Shown here: positions 42,390 to 57,902 of the stretch, piece after piece
Numbering within the stretch: the first letter of the stretch is position 1
How the letters are laid out: every line of letters starts with the position of its first letter
Assembly (NCBI RefSeq): GCF_009914755.1
Contig: NC_060934.1
DNA from: the human T2T-CHM13v2.0 reference genome, Homo sapiens
DNA: 64,000 nucleotides
Direction: 5' to 3' (one strand)
The notes under the pieces: model-generated
Databases searched by the model: none
Told to the model about the DNA's origin: nothing
What the model saw: only the letters and a program-made list of their open reading frames with translations
Position numbers and translations under genes: made by a program

Positions 42390-42560
42390 TACAGAGAGTG
42401 TAGGGTAGAACAGCTTGCATTCTAATCCCACATCTGCAACAGGATTCTCTTTGACATAGGAAAAGTTACTTCTGCTTTGTTGGGAGTATTAAAAATGGAG
42501 AAGTTTTCAAGTGCTTAGTGTAGTTCCTGGCTTATGATAGAATCAATTAAAATTAGGTAT
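42390..42560 (+). mobile_element. MIR
   Basis: taatcccacatctgc...ggaaaagttactt...aagtgcttagtgtagttcctggc. Confidence 0.6.
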
Positions 42561-42824
42561 TGATGCTATTATTATTAATATTGATCTCTTAGCCATCTAT
42601 ATCTTCAGCATCCAAAGTGTCAGTTTGTTCTTTAAATTGCAATTGACCCTTTTTTCTCAATAGAATAGCTAGTAAAATAATAAAGTGGAATTTCTTGGAA
42701 TGTATCCATTCTCCTCTTTTACATTTCATTTTTTTATTCATTATTTCAAATGCCCAGTACCTTCTTGTTCACCCTAAAATCTTTTATGAGTTTATGAGTT
42801 AACAGGAAAACAGATTCCTTTTAG

Positions 42825-43109
<285 letters not shown>

Positions 43110-43992
43110 CACTTTTTTCTACATTTCAAACTCTTTGCAATTTACCTGCTATCTCATTTAATCTCCTCTTCCCTACACTGAAGACAATCAACCTCCCTCC
43201 TATTAACCAACCACTTATCCTGCCTCCTTATGTACCTTAAATACGAAAGATAAGATAGTCCCCATTATTTTAATAAATATTTATTGAATATATTCTTGAC
43301 AAGTAATCCTGCTTGTATTTTTAGCTAGCTAATGTGAGATACATCTTTGACATGGTTAAATGTATGATCCCTTAATTAATTTAATATAATAAACTAATGC
43401 TACATTATAGGGGTATAAACACTTTTAAAAATATATTTTCTATTTTAAAGTTGGCTTTATACTTAACATAAATATAATGGACACTTTGTTTATTTTTGAA
43501 TGATTATCAATCATTCAAAGGTCAGTACATCTGACCTTTCACAAAAAAAGTAAAAGGTCAAATGTAAAAATTGTAGGTTTTGTGGTTCACATATGGACTC
43601 TGCATATTATTCTTTAATTTTTGTTTTTGGTTCCATATTTTTGTTTGTTTATATGTTTCTTACAAACCTTTTAAAATACAAAAAATATTCTATCTTACTT
43701 GTCTCTCAAAACATAGGCCATTTAACCCAGGAACTGTATTTGGTCAATCTGTGCTTCACTGTAAATGTTCTTTGTTATTTTAAAAGCAATACGGACATAT
43801 TTCAAGTAAATTATTGTTTTCACTACCACTCATTTTCAGATGTAAGTCCACAGGTTAACATAAATAAGAAAGTAGCAGCCAAAAACAAAAAAAAGAGAGA
43901 ACAGTAAGAAAAACATTTTAAGTCAAAGGAAAATTGCCAGCTTTTATCTTCTCCTAAATCCCAATCCTTCACTCCTAAAGGAACACATTAAG

Positions 43993-44048
43993 TGCAAAGG
44001 GGGTCATACTTTTATTCCATTGCAAAAAGGGTCATACTTTTATTCCAT
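43993..44048 (+). repeat. 28-bp tandem duplication
   Basis: tgcaaagggggtcatacttttattccat followed by tgcaaaaagggtcatacttttattccat. Confidence 0.95.
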
Positions 44049-45784
44049 TCCCCATGTATACATTTGTTATCCATTTGGCAAATTGTGGTTGAATTTCTCT
44101 TGGGATGACCTCGCCAGCAGTAGGTGAATGGATCATTTGATTCAACACTAGTTCGTAAGTGATTGTTCTTTTCAATCAGGCACACACTCACTGCTGATAA
44201 CTGCATATTTTGACTATTTGTAGAAGTGTTAAAGGAACTAAGAATTTTATCGTAAATAAGCCATGTTGGAACAAATATCAAGGCCTTGAGAATAATATAC
44301 TTTATACCTTTGCTCAACATATAATGTAGGAAAATATCCAATTAAGAGTCTAGAAATGGAGTGAGGAAGGGCCAGCTGAGTATTTTGTTTAATTTTTAAT
44401 TGTTAACTCTTATAGTACCTTCATAAAGTTTCCAAATCTTTTCCTTTTTCTTGCTTTTGCTGTAAATACAAAAGTCCAAGCCTGCATTATATTATACTCA
44501 GTTTGAATAAGGAATATCAGCTCCTTAAGAATAAAATGAAACAGTTTTATTCTTCCCAAGATCTTTTCAGGCTTTTATATTGATCATCTTCATTTCTGCT
44601 GTGTAGCTGGCTTCATCAATGATGTCTCAATTTATGTCTATAATTGTTATTTTGCAAAACTGTCTCATTTTAATTAATATGATGCCTTACTCATTATTTT
44701 TAAATTATTTTCTTCATTATTTTAAAACTAATTTTATTTCTAAGGACTGGGAACAGGGTGGGTGGATGTGATAATCTCACACATGTTCTTGTCTTTTTTC
44801 CTTTTATTTTCCCTCTGGTGCTGGGATAGAGAGGATGAAGAAAGAAAAATGTATTCGTTAGATGAATTATCTGTATTGAGGTTGTTCTAGGATTACTGTG
44901 CTAGAGGAAGGACCCCCAATAAATTCCACCATTAAGAGGCTCAATATCAAGCAACAATCCTGTGATCTAGTGGCACTGTATGGAATTCTAACGTATCTTT
45001 TAGCTAATGTCCAGGTGGTAGTCTGTGTTACATCTTGATATGCATACCTCTCTTCTTCACATGCTTCAGTATCCTTTATTTTATTTATAATTAGAAGCAC
45101 AAACTCTGAGATTTACGGATCCAGGCAGGACTGATCTCACCTACAATACTGGGCAAGATCTTCAAGGGGACAGTTGATGCTTTCTTGCCAACTGCCCACT
45201 CCACCACCACATTTCTCTCCAATGTTCTCTCCCTTGTTTTAGTTGTACTGACTCAAATCTAAGCAGCTATTTGATTAGAGTATTGAATGGTGATCTTCCC
45301 TGTTTTGTGTGAATTTCTTTGGGATTTTCTTCTCTCAATCCTTGCCAGACTTTTTTTGTAATAACACTGGACTAGCAACAATTTCAACCTCACCTATTTA
45401 TAAAATAATGTTATCTAGTACTATTTGAGACCTCTCTTACTTGGATTTTTTGGAGTATTGTACTCAGAATCAGGAACTTTTTGAGATAAAATCTGAGAAA
45501 TGAATAACTTTTGCTCAATTGTGCTTTATTCAGGTTCTTATCTGTATTCTATTCTATAATCTCCAAGTGAGGAAAATAGTCAATTCATATTTCTCTAAAG
45601 TGTTTCTTCATAAGAGCCTTAAAATAAATTGTATATATTTTAAACATTAGTACATTTACCCCAATATAACATCACAAAATTAACCTTTGGAAAATACAGA
45701 ACTAATGTAATACAAAACATTCCCATCCCTCCAAAAACAGATAAAATAAAATATAATAGTTCTCTACAGCCTAATCTAAAAGAA

Positions 45785-45965
45785 TGTGATGTAATGGATA
45801 GAGCACTGATTTATTAATCAAAGGGAGAAAAACTAATGTGGCTCATAAACCTTTCCATTTCTGAGTCTCATTCTTTTCATTTTCCCGATAATAATGATAA
45901 TAAGATCGACCTGTTTGTTAGGGTCAGGTTAATGACCAAGTGAAATGATGCGTTATACATATGTC
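45785..45965 (+). mobile_element. MIR
   Basis: gtaatggatagagcactga...tctgagtctcattcttttcat. Confidence 0.6.
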
Positions 45966-46199
45966 AAAGAAATATAGCCTCTTAAAAGAAAGTTAACGCA
46001 GCTGACATTCAGTAACATATCTCGGTTTGTAAGTAAAAAATTAGAAATAAACTCAAATAAACGATCAATACATATTATAGTAAAAAGTAATAATTTGAAT
46101 TAAGATAACTTGTTGAACACTGATTTATCAAACTCTATTGAACTAACCCATTTTTTAAATTTATACTTTTGTTTGTTTGTTATTAGAAAAACATTTCCC

Positions 46200-46376
46200 T
46201 AGATAGAAGCTGCTCCACTATTCTGAAGGGAAGTAGAAACGATGAAAAGCAGAACTGGAGATGATCCATGATGGACATATAGTGTGAGTAAGAAATATAT
46301 ATTATTTGTTTTAAATCACTGAGATTTTGAGTTTGTGTATGTGTCCATAATATGAGCTAACTATCCTTAATGATAC
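46200..46376 (+). mobile_element. MLT1 (J/K-like) LTR 3' fragment
   Basis: atggacatatagtgtgagtaagaaata...tgttttaaatcactgagatttt. Confidence 0.6.
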
Positions 46377-46446
46377 CATAAGTAAAGAATTTAAAGTAAA
46401 TAAGATGTGCCTGACCGCATATTAAGTGCCACACTAAGTGTTAATT

Positions 46447-46658
46447 ATAGCTCCCTGGCGGTAAACAGGGGACTGGTTCCAGACTTCTGAGTATATAAAA
46501 AATCCACACATACTGAAGTCCCACAGTGGGTCTTATGGAACCCTTTGTATACAAAAGGTTGGCTCTCCAAATAGGCAGGATTTATATTATATCTCTCAAA
46601 AAATCTGCATATAAATGGATCTGTGCATTTCAAACTTGGGTTGTGCAAGGGTCAACTG
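46447..46658. mobile_element. MER8 (Tigger-derived) DNA transposon
   Basis: ggggactggttccag...aaaatccacacatact..agtcccacagt...gttgtgcaagggtcaactg. Confidence 0.8.
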
Positions 46659-46979
46659 TGTTACTATTTTATGGGATGAGACGGCAGAGATGATACATGG
46701 AAATTTTGTGTTTAAAAAAGGAGAAATATGCAAATGGTGGTGGGGTGGGCCAAATGGAATGTGAGTTACATGAAAGGGTAATTTGGAAGGAAACAACGCT
46801 TTTGTGAAGAAAAGAAATACTTGAATATTTGAGTATAAAACATAGTTTTATTTAGTACCCTTGCCTCATCTTTAGTATGATAAAAATAGATAAAAAATTC
46901 AGACAGACAAAGAGGGAGGAAGCTGCTTGAGTGAACATACTCTGTTGATGTAAATACTCGAGGAAATTAGCTCTATATT

Positions 46980-47181
46980 GGGTGGTGTGCTGATGAATGC
47001 TTAACAAAAAAACTTTGAAGTGAAAGGCACTGATTTGTTGTATTTGATGATTTCTGTGGCATAAATATGCCCACCATAGCAATGTTTAGCTGGTAACATG
47101 ACATAGCTGCACAGAGTCAGGAAGAGATGCACATGACTGGCTCTCACGATTTCGGCGCGGTCTGGCTCCAGCATTTGACTG
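46980..47181. mobile_element. MER63A-like hAT DNA transposon
   Basis: gtggtgtgctg...ctgatttgt...cccaccat...ggaagagatgcac...ggctccagca. Confidence 0.75.
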
Positions 47182-49609
47182 TGACAAGTTTCACTGGCCG
47201 GTGAGAACGCTGGAGGAAAAAAATCTACCTATAACTGACCCTTATTAGCATAACAGGTTTGAGAAAGCAGAGCCCTATTTTCCTCAAGTGAATGCCATCA
47301 ATACAGCCGTCAGGCAAAACTGCATTCATGCACTGAGGAAAATCACTGCTTCTCAAACAACTTTTGGATACCATAAAAGGCCCGTTCTTAAAAGGGGAAG
47401 TGGGAGGAGGGGAAACAAGAATTGTTGCCTGAAAAGAAACGACTTTGATCTCCATCAAAACAGATTAGTTTGAAGCCAATTTGCTGCTATCTTCAAAACT
47501 ATATTTCCCCTCAAATTCTGTCTTCCAAATTGAGCAGTGCGTCAGCTGTAGGTAGTGCTAGAGTGTGAAAAGGATGAGGATGGAGGCAGCCAGGGTACCT
47601 CCAATGCATCTTGTTATTAGAAGACTTTTGAAGAGTAATTTGACGGGAGCTTTTCAACTTTTAGGTCACTAGTTTAAATGTAGTCTCAGTTGATCATGAA
47701 CAAAAGTGGGTGGTTAGTGGCCTATGAAAAGTACCTTCATGGTATTACCCTTGTTCTTTCTAATAGAGACTGCCACTACAGTTGGCATCCTTTCTTTTCC
47801 TTCTACCAGAAGCACAAAGGGTGAATAGAAATGTCATTTCAAGTATTTTTTCAGCCTTTGTACCAGAGAAATTTGAAATATGAAAAAGGCCAACTTCTTT
47901 TCATCTTTAACTCACAGGTAGAATTATTGAACTATAATATGTTTCCTAGATCTTCCTGGATTTTATTAAAATGAAACCTGAGCCACTTTACAAGTAAAAT
48001 TATGTCTTACTTCATAGAAAGTTAAATTACATAAAGGCACATACTTGACAAATATTTAAATATAAAATGTATAATTTCTTGACCTGAATCTTACACATGT
48101 AAAATTTATTTTGTTTTCCTTTTCTTTCTCTTATTTTTTTCTTGCTTCAATAAATGAGTTCCCATGAATGTAAAGACAAAGATCTTATTACTCCATTAAA
48201 TGAACTATCTTAATATTTGATTTTTTCTATTCTTTATCATTACAATACTTTGACTTTTTTTTCCTCCTAAAGAGACTGTAGGTTTTATTCCCTTTCTTTT
48301 AATTATTTCATGAAAATCCTCCAAATTTCCATATTACTAATATCTCTACCTTCATATAATTTTGTTTCAATATTAAATGATCAATTAAAGCAAACTTTCT
48401 CTAAGTACCTGGAGAAAAGCAACAGAATAAATATTAGAGTAGAGACACAAAGTAGTACTTGGTAATGCCAAGAAAATTTCAGCAGCTATCAGTAATCAGT
48501 AGGATATAACAGAAATAGCCCTGTTTTAGAAGTGATGAAAACTCAATCAACTGATTTTAAGCAGCAGTTACTTTCTATGGGGTTAGCTTTCCACATCTCA
48601 AAAATAAGATTGATGTGTTATTTTTGCATCATTTTCAATACAAACATTCTATGAAATCTTCACTTTTATATCATCCGAATTTAAGTGACAGGGTGTTAAT
48701 ATTCGAATGGGATTTAAGCGAGATGTAGCTGTGCCTTATGTCACGTCAGCTGATGGTAAAGATTGATGCTGGGATTTTCCTGGGTTAGTCATGTTAAAAT
48801 CTCCCCTAGGCTTTAAGGCCAGCTTCATGAATTCTCATATCAGCAACTTCTGCAATTACCACATAACACCAGAAGATAAACTCTGTTCTCTGAACATTCA
48901 TATAGAAAATAGTACGTCATCTTATGATTCTTATGATTGGCATAGCAAAGTGAAAATATATCAACACCGTATTTAGCCCAACTTGAAGCTGCATATTCAG
49001 TCAAAGATAGAGCTTTTCCTGGCCAAAGATACTTTGGTCAGAAATATATAAACAGTGAACACCAAGCTATCATCTTGCAAGTAACACATATGCTCATGAA
49101 TCTCTAGCTACAAATAAAAATATCAGCTAAAACTACCCCCTTCTTCTAAAGGAATAAAAACCACAGCAATTACAAGATTTGCCTATGGCCATAAAATGAA
49201 GTGGGGTTTGTCTCAGAATTAGAATGCCTACCATCAGCCTTTGAGTACAAAGTTAATTCCCCTACACAAGACTGCATCAAAAATAAATCCAGCTGGACAA
49301 AAGGCATACAAGACAGAAAATAATAGTCAGCTGCAGACTCTTTGGATCCAAAGTATAAAATATTCAAGTATGTGTTTCCAATCCCTTCATTCTCTCCTGT
49401 AATGATTGCAGCTAATCCCTGCCTGCCAAACGTTAGTTCTTCAATTGTGGCGATCAATAGAATAGATTAGCTGTGGAAACCCTCCATCCATATTACCCTT
49501 GCTTTCCTTTCCAGATGGAATTTTCATTCACTAGAGTGGAGGCAAGCATGTGAGGTTTCTCCCTCCATACACAAATATAAACTCATTAAATGCCAAGCTT
49601 GTCACTTTA

Positions 49610-49813
<204 letters not shown>

Positions 49814-50168
49814 TTACGAATCTGCATCACATTTAATGTTAGACTGCATTGTTTATTCAGTTGTTGGGTTTACAGGAGAAAAAATTTCCAAATTTTATGA
49901 AAAATAATACAATCAAAATGAAAGGATAGAAAAAACTACCACCAAAGTATAATGGTTTTATGAAATTATCTTAGTAAAAGTAATTGACTCCAGTATCTGT
50001 TTTTCCTACTTAGATTAATAGTATGAATTAAAATGGAATAGCTATACAAATAAAGCTAATAAATTAACTTGCCTTGACTTCTGACTTTGTTTTTAATGCT
50101 TCTCTAATAGCAAAATCATTCTATAAACATCTGGTAATAAAAGCTGTCCTTGGGGCTTTTTTGCTGTT

Positions 50169-50187
50169 AAACCAGCAGAGGGAGTAT
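50169..50187 (+). promoter_or_regulatory. Candidate CTCF site
   Basis: AAACCAGCAGAGGGAGTAT matches the core CCASCAGRGGG in non-repeat DNA. Confidence 0.45.
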
Positions 50188-50618
50188 TGATTACAATAAC
50201 TCACAAAACAAATTATGGGCTGCGTTTTATCAGTTCTGTTGCTGACATCAATGGCTTAATGTAAGTGCATGTGAGGAGTCAGGATCATAAAGAATCCTAC
50301 GTAAAATAGTTGCAAACAAAACTAAATACGTTTTAAAATCTTCTCTAAAAAGCAATATATGATAAGCTAGGAATTAGATTTAATAAAGCCCTTATAATGA
50401 CAGGAGCTTTTCTTGAAGGACAAGATACCTTATCATTACAAGGAAAAAAAATTAGCATTGACATAGTCAACTTCTTTGATATCTCTGAACTTTGAATTTG
50501 TTTTATAAAACAAAAACTGAAGAAGCATGTTAGTCAAGGTTTGTAAGGTGGAAACATTAGCTGAAATATATCAATGAGATCTGAAAATACATAAGGTTAG
50601 CCCTCTATCGTGAAAAAA

Positions 50619-50700
50619 CATATATATGTATACATACACACACACACACACACATATATACACATATATACACACACATATACACACACACATACATATA
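50619..50700 (+). repeat. Compound (TA)/(CA) microsatellite
   Basis: Direct inspection. Confidence 0.9.
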
Positions 50701-50806
50701 ACATTTTGTACAAACATACCACCACTGCCTAAGATGTATGCTTTGAATTTAACAAAGTCATGATTTAGTTCAAAACACATTTGTTATAATTTCTATTTGG
50801 GGATGA

Positions 50807-51118
<312 letters not shown>

Positions 51119-51248
51119 TAGAATCTCCTTAAAGTAGTCCCAAACTCTTTATAAGATGCTTCAATTAAAAGACATGGTCACCAAAAATATTTGTCTGAGT
51201 TTATTAACTACAACATTCTACTTTTCAAAACCTTTTGAAAGAAATTCA

Positions 51249-51561
<313 letters not shown>

Positions 51562-51701
51562 TCATAGGCACTAAAATTTCGTTTTATAGCTTGTCACTTT
51601 ATAATATACCTAAATTCAAGTTGTTTCTGAGCATATCATCAGTAGATAGATACCAATAGAATAGTAAGCATAAAAGCTACAGTGACTTTTAAAAATTTCA
51701 T

Positions 51702-51993
51702 GGTTGGGTGCGGTGGCTCATGCCTGTAATCTTAGCACTTTTGGAGGCCAAGGTGAGCGATCACAAGGTCAGGAGTTCAAGACCAGCATGACCAACATGG
51801 AGAAACCCCATCTCGACTAAAAAACACAAAAATTAGCCAGGCATGGTGGCCTGTAATCCCAGCTACTCAGGAGTCTGAGGCAGAAGGGAGAATTGCTTGA
51901 ACCCGGGAGACGGAGGTTGTAGTGACCCGAGATCGTGCCATTGCACTCCAGCCTGGGTGACAGGGCGAGACTCTGTCTCAAAAAAAAAAAAAA
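51702..51993 (+). mobile_element. AluS
   Basis: Full Alu; TSD aaaaatttcat. Confidence 0.95.
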
Positions 51994-52519
51994 ATTTCAT
52001 GCTTACATTTATCATGATATTGTTCTAAAGTAATCTCACTTTAAATTAAAATATTTTAAACTTTCATAGTTAAAATATCTGTATTCATTTCTGCCTCTGA
52101 TTTTATCTATTTAGTATCAAAATTTGCCAATACAGTTAATCAGATTATATTTCTTAAATGGGTTCAAACTGATGATGAAATGTTGCTTATATACTTATAA
52201 TTATTAATGTAAACATGAAACAATGGGAAGTTACAAAATGTATTGTATACTGCAAAGATTCCCACTTCCGTGTTGTGAGAACAAAAGAATCGTCATTCTG
52301 AGGTAGACCTAACATCCTTCCAGGTGGTGATCTGACTCCAGAAGCAGCCCCAAGATGTAAAACATTTTCCCTGATATTACCCTTGAAGATCTTGGCTTCT
52401 TTTAGGGTCTGTTGTTGATCAAGTTTTTAAAACATTTTATGAATCTCCTTCTTTTCTCTGATAGCACATTCTCTATGCATAACAAGTCCTACAACGTTAT
52501 TGGTAATAAAAGTAGGTGA

Positions 52520-52690
52520 GTGATGTTGAACACAGAATTTGTAACCAGATATTCCTGAGTTAGAATTTTGACGCTGCCCTCAATGATCTAGAGCAAATTA
52601 TTTCTTTCAGCTTCATTATTTCCACATAATAAGTGGGAATAATAATAACATCTAAGGTCAGCATAAAGATGAAATAAGTTTATATATTTG
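52520..52690 (+). mobile_element. MIR
   Basis: cctgagttagaatttt...agagcaaattattt...ataagtgggaataataata. Confidence 0.65.
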
Positions 52691-52879
52691 TATATGTAAG
52701 TACATGTATACATATATATGAAACATACTTTTATAACTTATTTTAATAAATTACTCAAAATAAGGCTTAAGGTTTCTTATTCCACTCTATGAATAGTGCA
52801 AACGATCTTGCATTTTCCTTAGCTACATCCTTTATAATACTGTAGATATTTTAATTGAATCCTTTCACTTGGCTAAATT

Positions 52880-53042
52880 CCTACAAAGGCTTGATACTCC
52901 TTCACCCCTCCTGAGCATGGGGTATGTTGGTGTTAGAATTTGAGCATGTTGTATCATAATCTTTAGGGTAGGATACAAGAATCTACAATTTTCACAAATT
53001 TCCAAAGTTCTACTTATAGAAACTAGACTTTGAAGACCACTG
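52880..53042. mobile_element. MER5-like DNA transposon remnant
   Basis: atcataatctttagggtagg...aagaatctacaattttcacaa...tttgaagaccactg. Confidence 0.5.
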
Positions 53043-54172
53043 CTTCAGAATCTCATGAAAAGTACAATATGTAGACTCACCTGTTTTTTTTAAATTACCT
53101 CAGGAGAAAAACTCTACAAAGTCACTTAACGTCTTCAATAACCCTGGATCCAAGAGACTTCCTCACTGTTTAACATTTTTTTTTTTTTGACCTGGAACAT
53201 ATCTGTACTGCAGATTCGAAGCTTTCTTTCAAAAGCTAGGCCCTTTCTGCTTCGATATTCTTTAGATCTTCAGTTTACTGGTCAAGAATACTTTATAAAG
53301 GTTTTACAAGAATATCAGTGTCTTAAAGCTTGTGAAAGTATAGTTAAACTACACTTATTATACTTTTTGTATTTCTTTATTCCTTTCCCTTTCATTATCT
53401 TCCCATTGTAGAGGGTTAAAGTGAGACAATGCTACAATAAGGACCTTAAACTCGTATGAGTTACTTGGATACTTGTCACAGAGTCGAAAACTTTAAAATG
53501 CTGAAACAAAGAGGACTCTAGTCTCAGACAAAACACAGAGACAAATTTTAGCCCAACATGACCGTCTCCTTGATCCGTCCTTACTCCTTTGCTTCCTCTG
53601 TTCCTTTCCACAATAATTCAAAAGCTAGAATTGCTAATTGTGTTCCCCCACCCCCTTGGTCTTGAATGTTAGTTATTTGGAGGAGATCATATATTAAGGT
53701 CTTGTATTTTTCATCTTCAACATCCTGGCATGTCCCTATAATGTGTTTAAATAACCACCAGGCTTCTTGAGGGTTACTGCCTTTTAAAATGCTATCTCCT
53801 TTTTATCCCTGATGTCAGCACAGTGTCAGAGTTAGCTTTTCTAAAATTAAATACCCATAGTATTAACAATAAAATAATAGTATTTATGCTGTAATAAATA
53901 GTAGTATTTCAACAGCATCATTTAAGCACTTAATAAAATAGGGCAGTCACTATATAAATAACACTTTACGCAAGCATTTTGTATTCATATTTTATCGCTA
54001 AATGCATAAAACTGAGCATCTATATAAGAAAAATTTTATTTTTGTAATATAGCCAGTATGATGCAGATAAATCTCCATTTCTAAAAACGAATCTCATAAA
54101 GCTTTATTATATTTCACCTGGTAATAAAGGTCAAAGTAGCACAAAAGAGGTAATATATTTCTTATATACTCT

Positions 54173-54626
54173 TGAAACCTACCCAATAGTTCCATAAATA
54201 TAAATACATATATACTTTTTTTTGATAAACATAGAAATTGACCCTTCTGGTCTTAAAGCTTGAAACTTAACATTTGTTTTATCTGAGCTCCTTCCTCAGG
54301 AAACAACCTTCAGGCCTCCCAAAAAAGGTATCAAAGAACTGAAACTCACCAGATCACCACATCCGATGAGATGCCAGACCCGTCATTCATTATGATTGCT
54401 TCCTAGCCCCTCCCTAGTTCCTGTTTTCTTACATATTGTTACATTTCTTCCCTGCTATGTAAACACTAACTGTAGTCAGTCAGTGAGTTGGATTTGAGAT
54501 TGTCACCAATTTCCTTAGCTGCAGCACCAGATTAAAATCTTCTTCTTTGACAATTGTTGTTCAGTGATTGGCTTTTTGTATGACCAGCTGCAGAATCTAA
54601 ACTGAACCCCTGGTGTTCCTGTGACA
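54173..54626 (+). mobile_element. 5' LTR
   Basis: tgaaacc...gataaacatagaaattgacccttctggtcttaaagcttgaaactt...gtgaca (TG...CA). Confidence 0.93.
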
Positions 54627-54631
54627 GATTT

Positions 54632-54649
54632 TCGTTACCTGACCAAGAA
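54632..54649 (+). other. Primer binding site (tRNA-Glu-like)
   Basis: TCGTTACCTGACCAAGAA matches 14/18 to TGGTTCCCTGACCGGGAA, the complement of the tRNA-Glu(CTC) 3' end. Confidence 0.7.
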
Positions 54650-57219
54650 CACATTGCTTGTGTCTTGGCTGCCTTGAGCCAAGAGTCTTAGAAGGCCTCC
54701 TAAGCAGTTGCTCACCCAATTTTCACTGGAGGTGTTTTGGTTTTTTTCTGGCCCCACAGCAGCTACCCCCAACTACATTCCTGATTGTCTAGTCAGAACA
54801 GCATTTGAAATTTGACATCTGCACCCGGATAGGTGAGTGTCAGGTTCTTTGTGGGCCTGGACAGCATGATCCCCTCCTCTCAGTTTGAGAATTTTTTAAA
54901 GAAATTTTTATTTGTCAGTTGAACAAGCCCAAATGACTGAAAGTGGGAAGCATCCTGTGTTAGTATGGACACTTTTTGGGGGTTTCAGTATGAACACTCT
55001 TGGGGGCTTGTTTGTAATTGTGAGGTGTGTGTGTGTGTGAGCAAGTGTGTATCTTTTGTGGGACTAGACAGTGGGATTGGCTCCTCTCAATTTGAGAAAT
55101 TCCTAAGGAATTTTTCTTTGTGGGTTGGTCAAGCCCAACCAGTAGAAAGAAGAAGCACCCCGACTGTTTCAGTTTGGATGCTCTTAGGGCTCGTTTATTG
55201 TTTCAGCAGTAGGATTGTGTTGGCGATTGTGTGTGTTTGATATAGTCATAGCAAAGTAGAATTCAGTAAGCTAATATTTTCTGAAACACTGTTTGGCTCC
55301 AATATTCTTTGGAATCTGGAGTTTGCTATTGAATGGGAAAGCATGACAGAGTTCCATGTATCCAGACTTTTGTGCTACTGCTCTAACCATGGTCAGGCCT
55401 GGTCAGTATGTGATGTTCTCTTGTGATGCTGTTTGGTTCCAGTGTTCTTTGGAGTCTGGGGAGGTTTAGCCTTTAAAAAGCAAATTGCCATGAAAACTAT
55501 TCTACCCAAAATTTTGATTCACAGCCTTCAATGGATTACCTACTGAGGTCAAGAAAGTGTGGCTATGTAAACCAGTGAGTTTCTATTGCTATATCATGGC
55601 TATAATTTTGAGGTAAAATAGATTGGATCTTTATGTGTGTTTATATGCGTCTTAATGGTTTATGTATGTTCATGTATTACGTTTTTTTTTGTCTACCAAA
55701 TTGGTTTATAAATAAAAGAATACACATAAGTAAGCCCAAAGTATTTTTCAAGTTCAAATGAGTTAAGTCAACCACAATAAGCAAGCTGGCTTTAACATTT
55801 TTGATAAAATAAAAATAAAAATGCCTTTAGAATTGTCAGCATACATTTTTGCTGAGTTTTATATATGTCTCTGCTAGATATGATTGAGGTGTCATGGTTT
55901 GGCATAGAAGGTTATAGAACTATAAACCCAGCTAAAATAAAATGATCTTGGTTTGTGTACCTTCTTTGACAAATGAGACTAATGTAATGTTGTTAGTTGA
56001 TTCTTGTGAGTTAATGGCAAAAATACCCATATCTTTAATTTTAAGATTTAGTTGAGGACCTGACATTCATCAGCTATTAAAAAAAAAAGTAATGAACAAG
56101 GAAAAAGCTAACTTTAAATGATGGTGTCTAATATTTCAGTTTTCAGAAGAAATCTGGATAAACTATTAAAATGAAATAATCAAGTACTTGTAAATTGAAT
56201 AAATGTTGTAGGTACACTTTTTGTGTAATATAAAATTTTTAAATTGTTTTTGGTGCTCATTGGGTGTCTGGGTCATTTCCAATTAAGAAAAAGTTATGGG
56301 GAAACATATTTCTAAAAATTGTGGAATGGTTCTCATCTGTAAAATGCTAATATCTGATAGTCAGCTCAGAATTTCTTGCTTCTCAGATGTTCACTAAAGT
56401 TTTGTTCACTAAAATTTAAGGCTACTAAGAATTCTAAAGAAGATGTGTTTTTATTGAGAAAACGAATCTGTTTGTCTAGTTCAGAAGTTATCTAAAGGCT
56501 AATTAAAATTATGGGCTTGAAATGGTTAGTTATGAAACAAGGCAGAAGAAAACCAATAAGTAGAAGAAAGAGATGTGTAAAAAGTTATAGATACGAAAAT
56601 ATATTTTAGGAAGGTGATAATGAAAAAAATAACAATTTTTATAAGAAAAGATTTTGTATGGTGAATGTTTGTCCAAAATTAAAATAACTGGTTATTAAAA
56701 AAAGAACAGAAAGAAAATCTAAGACAAAACAAAAGTCCAAGCATGTCATGGATGGTCTGTGTAAGTCATATGCCATTTTTCCTGTTTCTCTGTGTGTCTA
56801 TCTTCATGCCTGTACAAAGAAAATACAAAGTTGAAAAAGCTTAGATAATAAAATATCCTTTAAAACTTGATAAAATAGGAATGCTTTGGCTAATTAGCAT
56901 TGTTCATAGTTAAAGCTCATATCTTAATGAATGTAAAATATAAATTATTGTAAAGAAATACATTAGCAGTTTGGCAATTTTTTAAATATAGTTAAGCCCA
57001 AAGCTGGATGTAACATGGAGCCAAATTTCATAGTATATTTGCTATTCTGCATCACATACCTAAAGTGAATTTCTTAGTTACAGAAAATGTATAGTGGTAC
57101 TGCTGGACTTAAAGACAGTAAATATCAAAAAACTGAATCAGGAATAAAATATCCATCAGGTTAATTTTTTTTGGCTCTGGGTAACACTGTAAAGCCAAAG
57201 TTAATTGAGTAGAAGATAA

Positions 57220-57758
<539 letters not shown>

Positions 57759-57803
57759 TATTTTTGCTTCTAATTTTCATTTATTTGCTATTTGTTCTAC
57801 TTA

Positions 57804-57902
57804 AATATACAAATATATACACATACACATATTTATATGTATACATATACACATAGGTATACATATATGTATATATATTTGTATACATATATATAATATA
57901 TA
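57804..57902 (+). repeat. (TA)/(CA)-rich simple repeat
   Basis: Direct inspection. Confidence 0.85.

Noticed and set aside
46449-46463. CTCF-like ccgccagggagct on the minus strand
   Set aside because: Weaker match lying in the decayed terminus of MER8.
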